Shown here: in pieces, positions 44,292-54,126 of the stretch
How the letters are laid out: each line of letters starts with the position of its first letter
How positions within the stretch are numbered: position 1 is the stretch's first letter
DNA from: Leptonemataceae bacterium
GTDB lineage: Bacteria; Spirochaetota; Leptospiria; Leptospirales; Leptonemataceae
Length of the DNA: 64,000 nt
Reading direction: 5' to 3'
Assembly (NCBI GenBank): GCA_965227295.1
Contig: OZ245742.1
Location: forward strand, 4,448,001-4,512,000
The notes under the pieces: generated by a model
Databases searched by the model: none
What the model saw: the letters and a program-made list of their open reading frames with translations, nothing else
What the model was told of the DNA's origin: nothing
Translations under genes and position numbers: made by a program

Positions 44292-44490
44292 GGGCGTGCC
44301 CCTCCGCGCTACGCGCTCCGGGTCGGGCTTTCCAGGGCTCCGCTTCGCTGCGGTCCTCCGCGCTACGCACTCCGGACTGGCGCTGCGCGCCACCCTTCCA
44401 ATCCCTCACGCGAAGACTCTCATTCGCAAGCGACCCATCAAACCAGACAACTCTCCCAAACTCTTCCCTCGGAGCCTCGGCGCCTCGGTG
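44292..44490. repeat. composite repeat: family B module plus one family A-type arm
   Basis: GGGCGTGCCC...CCCTTCCAATCCCTCACGCGAAGA, then CTCTCATTCGCAAG...AGACAACTCTCCCAAA...CCTCGGAGCCTCGGCGCCTCGG; inverted counterpart at 51717-51944. Confidence 0.8.
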
Positions 44491-44504
44491 TAGATTCTTC
44501 CGCT

Positions 44505-45263
44505 TCAGCTATTCAAAGCCGCCATGACATCGTCCGAGAGATCCAGGTTCGTGTACACCGCCTGGACGTCGTCGTGTTCGTCCAGAAGGTCGATCAACTT
44601 CAAGATCTTCTGCGCCTGGTCCGCGTCGTTTACGGGGATCTCCGTACCCTCGATGGGCATAAAACGAATGCCCGATTCGTTCGTGGGAATCTCTTTGTCG
44701 GAGAGAACGTCGGAGACCGTGGAGTAGTCCTCCGGCGCGGTGATGATTTCGAAGGAGTCGCCGTCGTTGCGGATGTCATCCGCGCCGGCCTCCACGGCGA
44801 CCTCCATGAGATCGTCCTCGGACATGGCGTCACCGGGAATCGAAATGTAACCGCTGATGTTGAACAGCCGCGTCACCGCGTTGGGCTCCGCCAGGTTCGC
44901 TTCGTTTTTCTTGATGATGTTTTTGATTTCCGGCGTGGTGCGGTTTTTGTTATCGGTGAGCGCTTCGACGACGATACCGACACCGCCCGGGGCGTAGACC
45001 TCGTACAGGACTTCTTCGAAGGTTTCGCCTTCCAGTTCCCCGGCGCCTTTCTTGACGGCGCGTTCGATGTTGTCTTTCGGCATGTTCGCCGCGCGCGCCT
45101 TCGAGATGGCAATGCGCAGCCGCGAGTTGGAGTTGGGATCGGAACCACCCAGGCGCGCGGAGACCATGAGTTCCTTCGCGAGTTTCGTAAACATGCGCCC
45201 GCGACGCCGGTCCGCGCCCTCTTTGCGATGTTTGATGTTCGCCCACTTCGAATGCCCTGCCAT
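44505..45263 (-). CDS. yebC: YebC/PmpR family protein
   Basis: MAGHSKWANIKHRK, NMPKDNIERA, TDNKNRT, DDVQAVY. Confidence 0.97.
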   Translation of the reverse strand: MAGHSKWANIKHRKEGADRRRGRMFTKLAKELMVSARLGGSDPNSNSRLRIAISKARAANMPKDNIERAVKKGAGELEGETFEEVLYEVYAPGGVGIVVEALTDNKNRTTPEIKNIIKKNEANLAEPNAVTRLFNISGYISIPGDAMSEDDLMEVAVEAGADDIRNDGDSFEIITAPEDYSTVSDVLSDKEIPTNESGIRFMPIEGTEIPVNDADQAQKILKLIDLLDEHDDVQAVYTNLDLSDDVMAALNS

Positions 45264-45301
45264 ACGTTCGTCCTTCAGCCTTGCTGCGTTTCTAAATTGC
45301 T

Positions 45302-45937
45302 TCAGCCCTCGTCGTCGACCAGAAGGTCCTCGAGTTCGGCGACATCACCGACGCCGCGCCGCAGGAGGTGCAGCGGTTCCTGGCGACAGTCGATGATCGT
45401 GGAGTACTCTTTCGCGCGAATGCCGCCGTCGACGACGCCCGCGACCTGGTTGCCGTAGAGTTGATCCAGATCCTCCGGGTCCGTAAGGCCGTCGTCATCG
45501 TCTATGGTCAGGCTCGAAGCGATCAGAGGGATGTCAAGCCGTTCCATGAGCGCCCGGTGCAACGGATGATCGACGATGCGCACGCCGACTTCTTTCTTTT
45601 TGCCGACACCGCGCCGATCCACCGTCCGGTTGGATTTAAGAATAAACGTGTACGGCCCGGGCGTGTGGGACTTCATGAATCGAAAGACGGGATTCGGAAT
45701 CTGCTGCGCATACAGGCTGGCCATGGCCACGTCGCGGCACAAAAGCGAGAGCGGGCGGTTTTCCGGGAGCTGTTTCAGCCGGTAGATCTCATTGATCGCC
45801 CGGGGCGCGTCGAGGGTCGCCACAAAGGCATAGACCGTGTCCGTCGGCAGGATATACAGTTTCCCGTTCTGGAGATCGGCGGCGATACGATCGACCTGGC
45901 GCTTCTCGGGGGTCTCGGGATGAACGCGTAGCAGCAT
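45302..45937 (-). CDS. Sua5/YciO/YrdC family protein
   Basis: LPTDTVY, PGPYTFIL, VGVR, STIID. Start re-picked at MLLRVHP. Confidence 0.9.
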   Translation of the reverse strand: MLLRVHPETPEKRQVDRIAADLQNGKLYILPTDTVYAFVATLDAPRAINEIYRLKQLPENRPLSLLCRDVAMASLYAQQIPNPVFRFMKSHTPGPYTFILKSNRTVDRRGVGKKKEVGVRIVDHPLHRALMERLDIPLIASSLTIDDDDGLTDPEDLDQLYGNQVAGVVDGGIRAKEYSTIIDCRQEPLHLLRRGVGDVAELEDLLVDDEG

Positions 45938-45945
45938 GCCGTGGC

Positions 45946-46785
45946 TTACCGTGACAACACCGCTGCGAGGCAAGCGGAAAATGCCGCCTCGATTTCTTCT
46001 ATACTAAAGCGGTTGGGACGATCCGCCTGCGCCCCGTCGTCCGGAGCGCAGAGATCGCGCAACCCGGCACGCAGGCTGTCTTCGACTTCGCTGCGATCGG
46101 CTGCTGCGGAGCGATACGATCGCTCGGGAAGCTCAAACGAGGTGATGCGTGCCGAAATCGCTGCGTCGAGGCGCGCGCGGCAGAGACGCTCGAATGGCGC
46201 GCGGGGTAAGGAGTCCACGGTGCGCACGCCACCGCCGAACTCGCAGAGCCGCTCCAGGAAAGCATAGAACGGCAGATCCGCCATGAGCCGGGCGTAGGCC
46301 TCCGTCATTCCGCCCGGAGCGTCGCCGGGTTCGCCGGCCGATGGGCCGAAGAGTTCCGCAAGCAAGCGCGAGTACGGCGAGCCCTGAAGTTCGTCGCGTT
46401 CTTTGTTCCGGCAGTCGTAGGCCTGGCAAATGGACGTACCGTAAAACGAAAAGTCCTGGGATTTTTCCCGCCCGGTGATCGTCGGATGCACCATGCAGCC
46501 GGTGCGGCGAAAGCCGTTGCCGTCCATTTCGTCATCGAGATATCCGAAGAACGGGCAGACGTAGACTTCCGGATTCGAACGGGGGATCTTACGCTCCAGG
46601 GATTCGCGTTCCGTGCGATACGCAACGTAGCTTTCATTGAGGGAGAAATCCGCGCGCACGCTGCGAAAGGCCCGCTCACGATCCGCGAGCAGTTGGGTGC
46701 GCTCGGCCGGATTCAACTGCAAATTAAAAATACCGCAGCAGGCTCCGCACGAAACCCCGCGACGCTGGCAGGCGGATTCGGTCAC
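45946..46785 (-). CDS. Cys-cluster protein (YkgJ/CxxCxxCC-like, metal binding)
   Basis: CQ..SCGACCG, CPFFG, GCMVHP, ICQAYDC; GTG start immediately after the CHAT gene stop. Confidence 0.75.
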   Translation of the reverse strand: MTESACQRRGVSCGACCGIFNLQLNPAERTQLLADRERAFRSVRADFSLNESYVAYRTERESLERKIPRSNPEVYVCPFFGYLDDEMDGNGFRRTGCMVHPTITGREKSQDFSFYGTSICQAYDCRNKERDELQGSPYSRLLAELFGPSAGEPGDAPGGMTEAYARLMADLPFYAFLERLCEFGGGVRTVDSLPRAPFERLCRARLDAAISARITSFELPERSYRSAAADRSEVEDSLRAGLRDLCAPDDGAQADRPNRFSIEEIEAAFSACLAAVLSR

Positions 46786-46786
46786 G

Positions 46787-48664
46787 TTACGTTGCTGCCG
46801 GTCCTGACGTTGCATTGCGACGACCGGCAAGAGAATCGCGCAGTCGCGGATACAACACGCAGCCGGTCTCGGTCTCGTAGCTCATAAAATCGGTCAGGGG
46901 AATGAGAATGCGGCGCGAGCTGTTGTAAAAACAAACCTCGCCGCGATTCTCTTCCATGAGATTCTTCAGTTCCTCGTCCTCGAACTCCGCCGGCAAAAGA
47001 TGAATGGGGCGCGGGTTCATGCCGTTGAGCATGAGCGCGCCGAAGCCGCGATGTTCGAGGTACAATAACTGGTAGCGACCCAGGGGCGCCAGATCGAACA
47101 ACAGGTTGTCGATGAAGTAATGGTACGTAACGAAGTACGAACCGGCGATGTCCTCGTCCAGTTCCGTGCGATCGTACTCGTCCCGCGCATCCAGGAACTT
47201 TTCGATGGTATCCCGGTGGAGGTACAGGCTCTCCACCATGCGACCCGGCGAGAGTTCCATGTGCAACGAACGCAACCGCGCCGTGGCCTTGTAGACGGCG
47301 TCGACGTACTCCCGGAACTTCAGCGGGATGTCCGGATCCGGGAACTCGGCCTTAATGTTCAAGTAGCGACAGTTACCGAAAATGAGCGCTCCGGTGAGCT
47401 GCATGGTCACTTCGAAAAGACGCCACAGGGCATCCATGCGCAGCGTAATGTCCAGTTCCTCTTTATCGCTGAGGTTCTGTAGCGCCGAGTAGGCCTCGGC
47501 GATGGGCTGCGGATACGACTCCACCACGCTCCGGGCATGCAGCACGTTGCGCGACGCATCGAAGGACCGGCGGTTCCCGGAGCGATAGATGCGCGCCATG
47601 GGATTGCCGTGCAACGCGTAGCGGGCCCAGGTGAGATCGTAGGGTTCGTAGACGCGCCGGGCGTGACGCCGCGCTTCGAACAACGCCTCGCCCACGGAAC
47701 GCTCTTCGAAGATGGTCCGATAAAATTGCAGCGCGAATTCGAACGTGCGCCGGGAGTCGGCAATCTCCCAGTTCGTGCCGAGGTAATTGCAGATGCCCGC
47801 GCGCAAGAACGCGCCGGCGAGATCGTTGAAGACACCGCCGGTGGTCCCGCTGTGTTCGATCTCCTCGTCCAGTTCCGGATCCGTGGCGAAGCTGAGGCAA
47901 CTATTCGCGAAGACCAGGTCCGGCACGACGCCGGCCTTTTCGATTTCCCGGGCGCGCAGGACCTTGCCGTCGGCGAGCAGCCAGCCGCTCTCCTGTTGGT
48001 CGCGGCTGTAGTGCATGTGCCCGGCGTAGTGAATGATGTCGCGATCCTTGATGGCGTTCAGCAGATTGAGCTTCGAGATGCGCCGGCCGGACATGAACTG
48101 CACGTCCAGGCGATCCGGGCTGACCTCGGCCGTCAGCGATTCGAACAGTCCCTCGCCTTCCTGGCGGGCCCACTCCAGGTCCTCGGTGGGATCGGCAATG
48201 ATCAACATGCGCAGTCGATCCCGTTCGGTGCGACTGGTCTCGCGCCAGTAACCGTCAATGTTCTTGCCGAGATAAAAGGCATCCGCGAGGAAGCAGCGGC
48301 CGGTGTGCAGTACTTCCCAGGGGATGTTCCGCAGGCGATGGTCCACATGCAAAAACAGAAAGGCGTTTTGTGCGCTGCGCAACCGATCCTGGATCTGTTC
48401 GGGAAAGAACTGCAAAAAGAAGGTCTCGCCGATGCGCCGCAGTTCCCGGGAAACCTCCACGGCACCGGCCGCATCCCCGCCCTGGCCGGCCTGCATGCTG
48501 TTCGAGATGTGGCTGAGCCGCTCCGTTTCCTGGAGGAATTCGAGGATCAGGTCGTCATCCACGCGCGTCTGGAGATGCGTATCCCGGGAAGGCAGACGCC
48601 CCTGCACGATGTTGAACACGTTCGTCGAGTTCACGCGGTCGATGATGATGCTGAAGAAATCCAT
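46787..48664 (-). CDS. CHAT-domain (caspase/HetF-like) protein
   Basis: IPWEVLH, IADPTEDL, IIHYAGH, VFANSC (His-Cys dyad), LAGAFLRAG, WARYALHG. Start re-picked at MDFFSII. Confidence 0.9.
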   Translation of the reverse strand: MDFFSIIIDRVNSTNVFNIVQGRLPSRDTHLQTRVDDDLILEFLQETERLSHISNSMQAGQGGDAAGAVEVSRELRRIGETFFLQFFPEQIQDRLRSAQNAFLFLHVDHRLRNIPWEVLHTGRCFLADAFYLGKNIDGYWRETSRTERDRLRMLIIADPTEDLEWARQEGEGLFESLTAEVSPDRLDVQFMSGRRISKLNLLNAIKDRDIIHYAGHMHYSRDQQESGWLLADGKVLRAREIEKAGVVPDLVFANSCLSFATDPELDEEIEHSGTTGGVFNDLAGAFLRAGICNYLGTNWEIADSRRTFEFALQFYRTIFEERSVGEALFEARRHARRVYEPYDLTWARYALHGNPMARIYRSGNRRSFDASRNVLHARSVVESYPQPIAEAYSALQNLSDKEELDITLRMDALWRLFEVTMQLTGALIFGNCRYLNIKAEFPDPDIPLKFREYVDAVYKATARLRSLHMELSPGRMVESLYLHRDTIEKFLDARDEYDRTELDEDIAGSYFVTYHYFIDNLLFDLAPLGRYQLLYLEHRGFGALMLNGMNPRPIHLLPAEFEDEELKNLMEENRGEVCFYNSSRRILIPLTDFMSYETETGCVLYPRLRDSLAGRRNATSGPAAT

Positions 48665-48770
48665 ACGACGGTTCCGGTCTGATTCCCGGAAAATGATTGC
48701 ACGATGACTACCGGCCGGTAGTATTACTGGCCGCTTTTGGCGGTGCACGTCCATCAATTTTCTCAAGTAA

Positions 48771-49049
48771 ATGATGCAGCGCAAATACAGGATCCACGGG
48801 CGAGTACAGGGTGTCGGCTTCCGTCATTTTGTGATGACCCGGGCTCGCTCCCTGCGCCTGCGCGGATTTGTCCGCAATCTGGCCGACGGCAGCGTCGAAT
48901 GTCTGGCCGCCGGAACCACCGAACAACTGAGCGAGCTGGAACGCCATTTGCGCCAGGGCCCGCCGCACAGTCGCGTGGACGGCGTGGATTCCGAAGAAAG
49001 CGCCTGGCCGGAGTCACAGCTCGCCGCCGAATTCGAGGTCGAGCCGTGA
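48771..49049 (+). CDS. acyP: acylphosphatase
   Basis: GRVQGVGFR, GFVRNLADGSVE, GPPHSRV. Confidence 0.95.
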   Translation: MMQRKYRIHGRVQGVGFRHFVMTRARSLRLRGFVRNLADGSVECLAAGTTEQLSELERHLRQGPPHSRVDGVDSEESAWPESQLAAEFEVEP

Positions 49050-49089
49050 TCGGCGTTCTCCGCGGCTGCCCGGGAGGCGGACGGCAATC

Positions 49090-51702
49090 ATGAGCGCGTC
49101 CCCGCTGACGATCTATCTGGAATTGGGCATCGGCCTGCTTCTGTTGTGGCCGGGTCTGCACTCCTTCTTTACGGAATCTTCAAATCGCATTCGGCGAAAC
49201 TTCCTGCTGGCGACGATTCTTTTGAGCGCCGGCTTTACCGTGGACGCGGCCGGCCGCCTCGTGCTGTATCAGAAGTTCTTTCTCAGCGACCTGCCCTTTC
49301 GCGCCGCCGAGTTGCTCTTCCTGGCAGCCGCGCTGATGCTCGTGTATCTCGGCGGCATCTTTCCACGCCGCTCGGGTCCCTGGGAAAACATCGGGCGCCG
49401 GGCACGTCTGTTCGTACTATTGGTAGTACTGGGATTGCTCGGCTTCGCCCTGGGGGCCCTGGCGCTCCTGGACATTCATTACGTCTACGATCGCATTTAC
49501 GATCCGCTGCCCGGCACGTACTACGGCGCCTACGGTCCGGTGTATTATCTCATACGATTGTACATGCCGCTCTGTCTCGGCCTGGCCGCTTATGAACAAC
49601 GCCGCTTCCTGACCTATCACCGCCGGGACCCGCGGCGCGTCCACGCGCGGTACTTTATTACCGCCCTGGGGGCCCTGGGCTCCGCTTCGCTGCTGTCCAC
49701 GCTGCTTCTGCTGTACGGTTACGAGAACGAATTCATGGCGTTGCAGGCCGGCATGGTCCTCGCGTTCGCCCTCTTTCTGCGAAACATGCTGGAGAACCTG
49801 AGCATCAGCTACCGGGCGAACCTCATTCGCAACGGCGCCCTCTTCACCGTCTATGCACTGTCGCTGTTGCCCCTGCTCTACGTCATCGACGGCTTGCTGG
49901 ACTGGATGGAACCGAACCAGTCCTTCCTCCCGGCCTTCGTCCTCTGCGCGCTGTTCGTCGGTTTCTACGCCGCGGCGCGATTCCTGGGCCCGCGCATCTC
50001 GCGTTTGATCTTTAAGGAGCAGGCGCGCATGGACGAGAGCCTCGCGGACTTCAACAATCGCGTCCTGCACCTGGGAGATTCCGGCGAAAGTGACATTCCG
50101 CGACAGTTAACACAATTCGTGGACGATCTCTACGGACCGCGCCTGTTTGCACTGTACTTCCGCGACATCGAAGACGGCGCGGGCGAAGATGAGGGCATCC
50201 CCGGGGAACGCCTGCCGGAATCCGGCGGAGGCCTGATTCAAAACAAATCCTGCACACGCGCCACGGATCTGCAGTCGATCCCTCCCACCGTTTTTCCGGA
50301 CGAACTCGTGGCCTTTCTCAAACGCCGGCGTCAGGCGGCGACCGCCGTGGCGGACGGCCAGGCGGGTGTGGACACGGACGGCGGCCTGATCGCCGACCTG
50401 CTCGTCCGCGCCGAGACCGAGGGCGATGCGGCTTCCGGCGAGGCCCTGACCGCGCTCGCGGCCCGGGGGGCCGAATTGATCCTGCCCTTCTTCGACGACT
50501 CCCGCTCCGGCCACACCGCGGGACCGGAAGCCATCCTGATTATGGGCATCCTGGCGAACGGGCGTCCCTTAGATTACTCTGATTATCACTTACTGTGGTT
50601 GCTGCGAGCGCCGACGCTCCTCGCCTTGAAGAACCAGGCGCTGCTTCAGGATACCACCCGACTCAAAGAAAAACTCGAAGAAGAGAACCGCCGCATCACC
50701 CGGCGCCTGAACCAGAGCCTGGCGTCCCTGTCCGGGGGCGCCAACGGTCGCGGCGAAAGACCGGAGCCGGCCTTCGTCTTCCAACCGGGCGGCAACCTGG
50801 CACAGATCCTGAGCCAGGCCGAGATGTTCGCCGGCCAGGATTCTCCGGTACTCATCACCGGTGAGACCGGTACGGGCAAAGGCGAAATCGCGCGCATGAT
50901 TCACGGTCTGTCGAAACGCGGCGGACGTTTTGTAACGGTCAACTGCTCGGCCATCCCGGCGGACCTCATTGAAAACGAACTGTTCGGCCACGTGAAGGGG
51001 GCGTACACCGGCGCCGGCGAGGCCCAGGACGGCCTGGTCGCCCGGGCGGCGGACGGCACGCTCTTCCTCGACGAGATCGGCGAGCTGTCGCCGGAGGGCC
51101 AGACGAAACTGCTGCGCCTGGTCCAGGAAGGCGCCTACGAACCCATCGGTTCGAGCGAGACACTTCATTCCACCGCGCGTTTCGTCTTCGCCACGAACCG
51201 CGACCTGGAAGAGGACGTGCAGGCCGGCCGCTTTCGCTCGGATCTGTATTTTCGGATCAGCACGTTCGAACTACGCGTACCGCCGCTCCGGGAACGGCGC
51301 GAGGACATTCCGTTGTTGATCGATCACTTTTTAGGCCTGGCGGCCCGTAACTTTCATCGCGAGCAACTTACCATGACCGACCGGGCGCGGGAGTTGCTCA
51401 CGAAATACGCCTGGCCGGGCAACGTACGGGAACTGGAAAATCTGCTGCTGCGTACGGCGGTGCTGAGCGACCGCAGCGAACTGGACGAGGATCAGTTGCC
51501 GGTCATGTTTCGGGACGAGCTGGATTTTAATCGGAAGAAGCAGCAGCTGGAACGCATGGCCGAAGAGCAGAGCCGCCTGGAGAAGGAGTTATTGATGGAA
51601 GCGTTGCAGAAATCCGGCGGCAATCAACGCGCCGCGGCGAAGATCTTGAATATTTCGAGGGGGTCGTTGCAGTATCGGTTGAAGCAACACGGGTTGAGCT
51701 GA
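49090..51702 (+). CDS. membrane-anchored sigma54 enhancer-binding protein
   Basis: About 9 TM segments at the N-terminus; GETGTGKG, ENELFGHVKGAYTGA, FLDEIG, WPGNVREL; Fis-type HTH. Confidence 0.92.
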   Translation: MSASPLTIYLELGIGLLLLWPGLHSFFTESSNRIRRNFLLATILLSAGFTVDAAGRLVLYQKFFLSDLPFRAAELLFLAAALMLVYLGGIFPRRSGPWENIGRRARLFVLLVVLGLLGFALGALALLDIHYVYDRIYDPLPGTYYGAYGPVYYLIRLYMPLCLGLAAYEQRRFLTYHRRDPRRVHARYFITALGALGSASLLSTLLLLYGYENEFMALQAGMVLAFALFLRNMLENLSISYRANLIRNGALFTVYALSLLPLLYVIDGLLDWMEPNQSFLPAFVLCALFVGFYAAARFLGPRISRLIFKEQARMDESLADFNNRVLHLGDSGESDIPRQLTQFVDDLYGPRLFALYFRDIEDGAGEDEGIPGERLPESGGGLIQNKSCTRATDLQSIPPTVFPDELVAFLKRRRQAATAVADGQAGVDTDGGLIADLLVRAETEGDAASGEALTALAARGAELILPFFDDSRSGHTAGPEAILIMGILANGRPLDYSDYHLLWLLRAPTLLALKNQALLQDTTRLKEKLEEENRRITRRLNQSLASLSGGANGRGERPEPAFVFQPGGNLAQILSQAEMFAGQDSPVLITGETGTGKGEIARMIHGLSKRGGRFVTVNCSAIPADLIENELFGHVKGAYTGAGEAQDGLVARAADGTLFLDEIGELSPEGQTKLLRLVQEGAYEPIGSSETLHSTARFVFATNRDLEEDVQAGRFRSDLYFRISTFELRVPPLRERREDIPLLIDHFLGLAARNFHREQLTMTDRARELLTKYAWPGNVRELENLLLRTAVLSDRSELDEDQLPVMFRDELDFNRKKQQLERMAEEQSRLEKELLMEALQKSGGNQRAAAKILNISRGSLQYRLKQHGLS

Positions 51703-51716
51703 AGGAAGAGGATTTT

Positions 51717-51944
51717 ACTCCGAGATACCGAGATACCGAGATACCGAGATACCGAGGGAAGAAATGGAGATTGTTCGTAGTGTGAAGTTTACTTGCGAAT
51801 GAACGGTCTTCGCGTTAGGGATGCGCAGGGTTGCGCGAGAGCGCAATTCCGGAGCGCGCAGCGCGGAGGAACGAGCGCGAATGCGCGAGCCCGGAGCAGC
51901 CCGACGGACGGCGCCTGGGCCTGGCGCCGTCCGGAACGCCCAAA
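51717..51944. repeat. composite repeat with (CCGAGATA)x4 tandem arm and family B module
   Basis: CCGAGATA x4 plus CCGAG at 51720-51756; family B module at 51807-51944. Confidence 0.85.
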
Positions 51945-52003
51945 AGGATTAACTTTTATTCACTGCATTTTAGTCTTCTCGGGGCGTCACAGATAAACAA
52001 ACG

Positions 52004-53251
52004 ATGGAAAGTGAACTGCGAATATTACTGAAGCACGCCTTCATTTCCCGGCGACAGTTTCGGGATTTGCTGGCGCGCAACTTCGAATCCGTGGAGGGCC
52101 TGCGCGAAGCGGTACTCACCGACGGCATGATGGATCCGCCGGACTGGCGGGAAGCCATGCGCCACCTGAAAACCACCGGCACCGGCGAACGGCAGCCGCC
52201 GGAATCGCTGAACGCGGAGATGCTGCAAATCCAGCAGACGGCGCTGAAGGTCGCCGGCAGCGATACGACGATCCTGCTGCTCGGTGAATCCGGGGTGGGC
52301 AAGTCGCGCCTCGCCGCGCGCATTCATCGTGAGAGCCCGCGGCGCAACGGCCCGCTGGTTACGGTATCGTGCGGAAGCATTCCGGAAACGTTGCTTGAGT
52401 CCGAGCTGTTCGGCGTGGAGAAAGGCGCGTTCACCGGCGCGAACAAATCGCGCGAAGGCCGCTTCGCCCGCGCTGATACCGGTACCATCTTCCTGGATGA
52501 GATCGGGGAACTCACGGCCCCGCTCCAGGTAAAATTGCTGAGGGTACTTCAAGAGAAGAAGATCGAACCGCTGGGCGGCTCCGGGGAGATGGACGTGGAC
52601 GTGCGGCTCATCGCCGCGACGAACCGGAACCTGGAAGATGACGTGCGCGACGGGCGCTTACGGGAAGACCTTTACTTTCGTTTGAACGTCGTGCCGCTCA
52701 CCCTGTTACCCCTGCGCGAACGTCGCGAGGACGTCGCCCCGCTGACGGGTTACTTCATCGAACGCTTCGCGGCAAAGGTCGGCGTGCGCATCAACGAAGT
52801 GGACCCGCGCATCAGTGACATCATGATGAAGTACTCCTGGCCGGGAAACATCCGCGAGCTCGAAAACTGCGTGGAGCGATTGATCGTGTTATCCCGGAAC
52901 GGCAAACTCTCTCCGGAAGACTTTCCCCCGCGGGTCCTGAAAGAGATCGGCGGAGTGCCGGCCCTCAAACCGGCGAAAGGTCCCGGCGGAGACCGGCGAC
53001 CGGCCTTCGCCGACGGCGAGGACGAAGATCCGGCGTCTCGCTTTCCGGATCTGCGCGAGATGGAAGCCCGGCACATCGAACGTGCGCTGAAACGCAGCCG
53101 GGCCAGCATCCATCGGGCGGCCAGTCTGCTGGGCATCCACCGCAACACCCTCTCGCGGAAGCTCGAAGAGTACGAGATCGATCCGTCGCGCTTCAAAAAC
53201 GGCCCCGCCGACGAGGAACCCGGCACGGCCGGCGGGCCCGACGCGGCCTGA
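52004..53251 (+). CDS. sigma54 enhancer-binding protein lacking an obvious N-terminal sensor domain
   Basis: GESGVGKS, ESELFGVEKGAFTGA, FLDEIG, WPGNIREL, HTH AASLLGIHRNTL. Confidence 0.93.
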   Translation: MESELRILLKHAFISRRQFRDLLARNFESVEGLREAVLTDGMMDPPDWREAMRHLKTTGTGERQPPESLNAEMLQIQQTALKVAGSDTTILLLGESGVGKSRLAARIHRESPRRNGPLVTVSCGSIPETLLESELFGVEKGAFTGANKSREGRFARADTGTIFLDEIGELTAPLQVKLLRVLQEKKIEPLGGSGEMDVDVRLIAATNRNLEDDVRDGRLREDLYFRLNVVPLTLLPLRERREDVAPLTGYFIERFAAKVGVRINEVDPRISDIMMKYSWPGNIRELENCVERLIVLSRNGKLSPEDFPPRVLKEIGGVPALKPAKGPGGDRRPAFADGEDEDPASRFPDLREMEARHIERALKRSRASIHRAASLLGIHRNTLSRKLEEYEIDPSRFKNGPADEEPGTAGGPDAA

Positions 53252-53259
53252 AATGTTCT

Positions 53260-53286
53260 TAAATTTTCCCGCGATTCGGCCGACCG
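53260..53286 (+). promoter_or_regulatory. putative sigma28 promoter
   Basis: TAAA-N15-GCCGACCG just upstream of the TPR gene. Confidence 0.4.
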
Positions 53287-53304
53287 GTATTTCAGGTAGG
53301 TCGC

Positions 53305-54117
53305 ATGAAAACGCAAGTAGCCGGCAAGTCCGTATCCTCTTCCGTACCCGAGATCGTTGAAGCGTGGGAACTCTACGCCGACGGCTCATACGCGGAGCTC
53401 ACTGAACGCTTCACGAATTCCGAACTCGGAGCCGTGCGGGATCTCTGTTCCCTCGCCGTTCTGGCGGACGGCGGCACGCCGGCAAAGCGCGGCAAAAGCA
53501 AGGATGTGAGCATCTTCACCGATTTGCTGCGCGGCATGGAACTCTACTCCGTGGCGGAGTACGATCAGGCGGCACTAAGTCTCGGTGAGTGGCTGTTAAA
53601 GCGGGACTACTACTGCGAAACCGTGCTCACCGCATTCATCGACGCCGCACGCTGCGCCGGCGAATACGGCCTGCTGGGGCGCGTCTGCAAACGTTTCGTC
53701 GATCGTCCGGCGTATCAGAAGTTCACCGCGGAGCCGTTGTTCTTGAGCGTCTTTCACGCGGATCGTCCGAAAGAAGCCGTCCTCATCTTTGAAAAATTCC
53801 GCGAGCACTTCGACGATCAGGTGGTTTTGCAGAAGGTCGCCCTGGCCCTGCTGCGCCTGGAACGTTACAGCGACGCCGAGCGCCTGTTGATGCCGCTCTA
53901 CGCGAAATTGACCGGCGCGAAGTACGATCCGTCCCGTCGCTACGAAGACGCCGTCTCCGACTACGCTCCCGCCATTCGCAACAAGGCGAAACTCGCCGGA
54001 AAAAAAGATCGCTCCTTCGAAGAGAGCATGGAACTGGGCATGGCCTATCTCTTCAGCGGCGAGTACGATCAAGCGCTCTCCGTATTACAGACTTTACAAA
54101 AATCTCGCGCGGCCTGA
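53305..54117 (+). CDS. TPR-like helical repeat protein
   Basis: ALALLRLERYSDAE and LGMAYLFSGEYDQAL TPR-like motifs. Confidence 0.75.
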   Translation: MKTQVAGKSVSSSVPEIVEAWELYADGSYAELTERFTNSELGAVRDLCSLAVLADGGTPAKRGKSKDVSIFTDLLRGMELYSVAEYDQAALSLGEWLLKRDYYCETVLTAFIDAARCAGEYGLLGRVCKRFVDRPAYQKFTAEPLFLSVFHADRPKEAVLIFEKFREHFDDQVVLQKVALALLRLERYSDAERLLMPLYAKLTGAKYDPSRRYEDAVSDYAPAIRNKAKLAGKKDRSFEESMELGMAYLFSGEYDQALSVLQTLQKSRAA

Positions 54118-54126
54118 TAACGGGTC

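Noticed and set aside
43008..45263. yebC-ruvC-ruvA without ruvB
   Set aside because: Split ruv loci are common; ruvB is probably elsewhere in the genome.
50989..51015. GAYTGA instead of GAFTGA as a sign of an inactive activator
   Set aside because: GAYTGA occurs in functional activators of the XylR/DmpR type.
51720..51756. (CCGAGATA)x4, and the 17-bp tandem at 27617-27659, as CRISPR arrays or phase-variation tracts
   Set aside because: No spacers and no cas genes; both are expanded sub-units of the intergenic repeat families.
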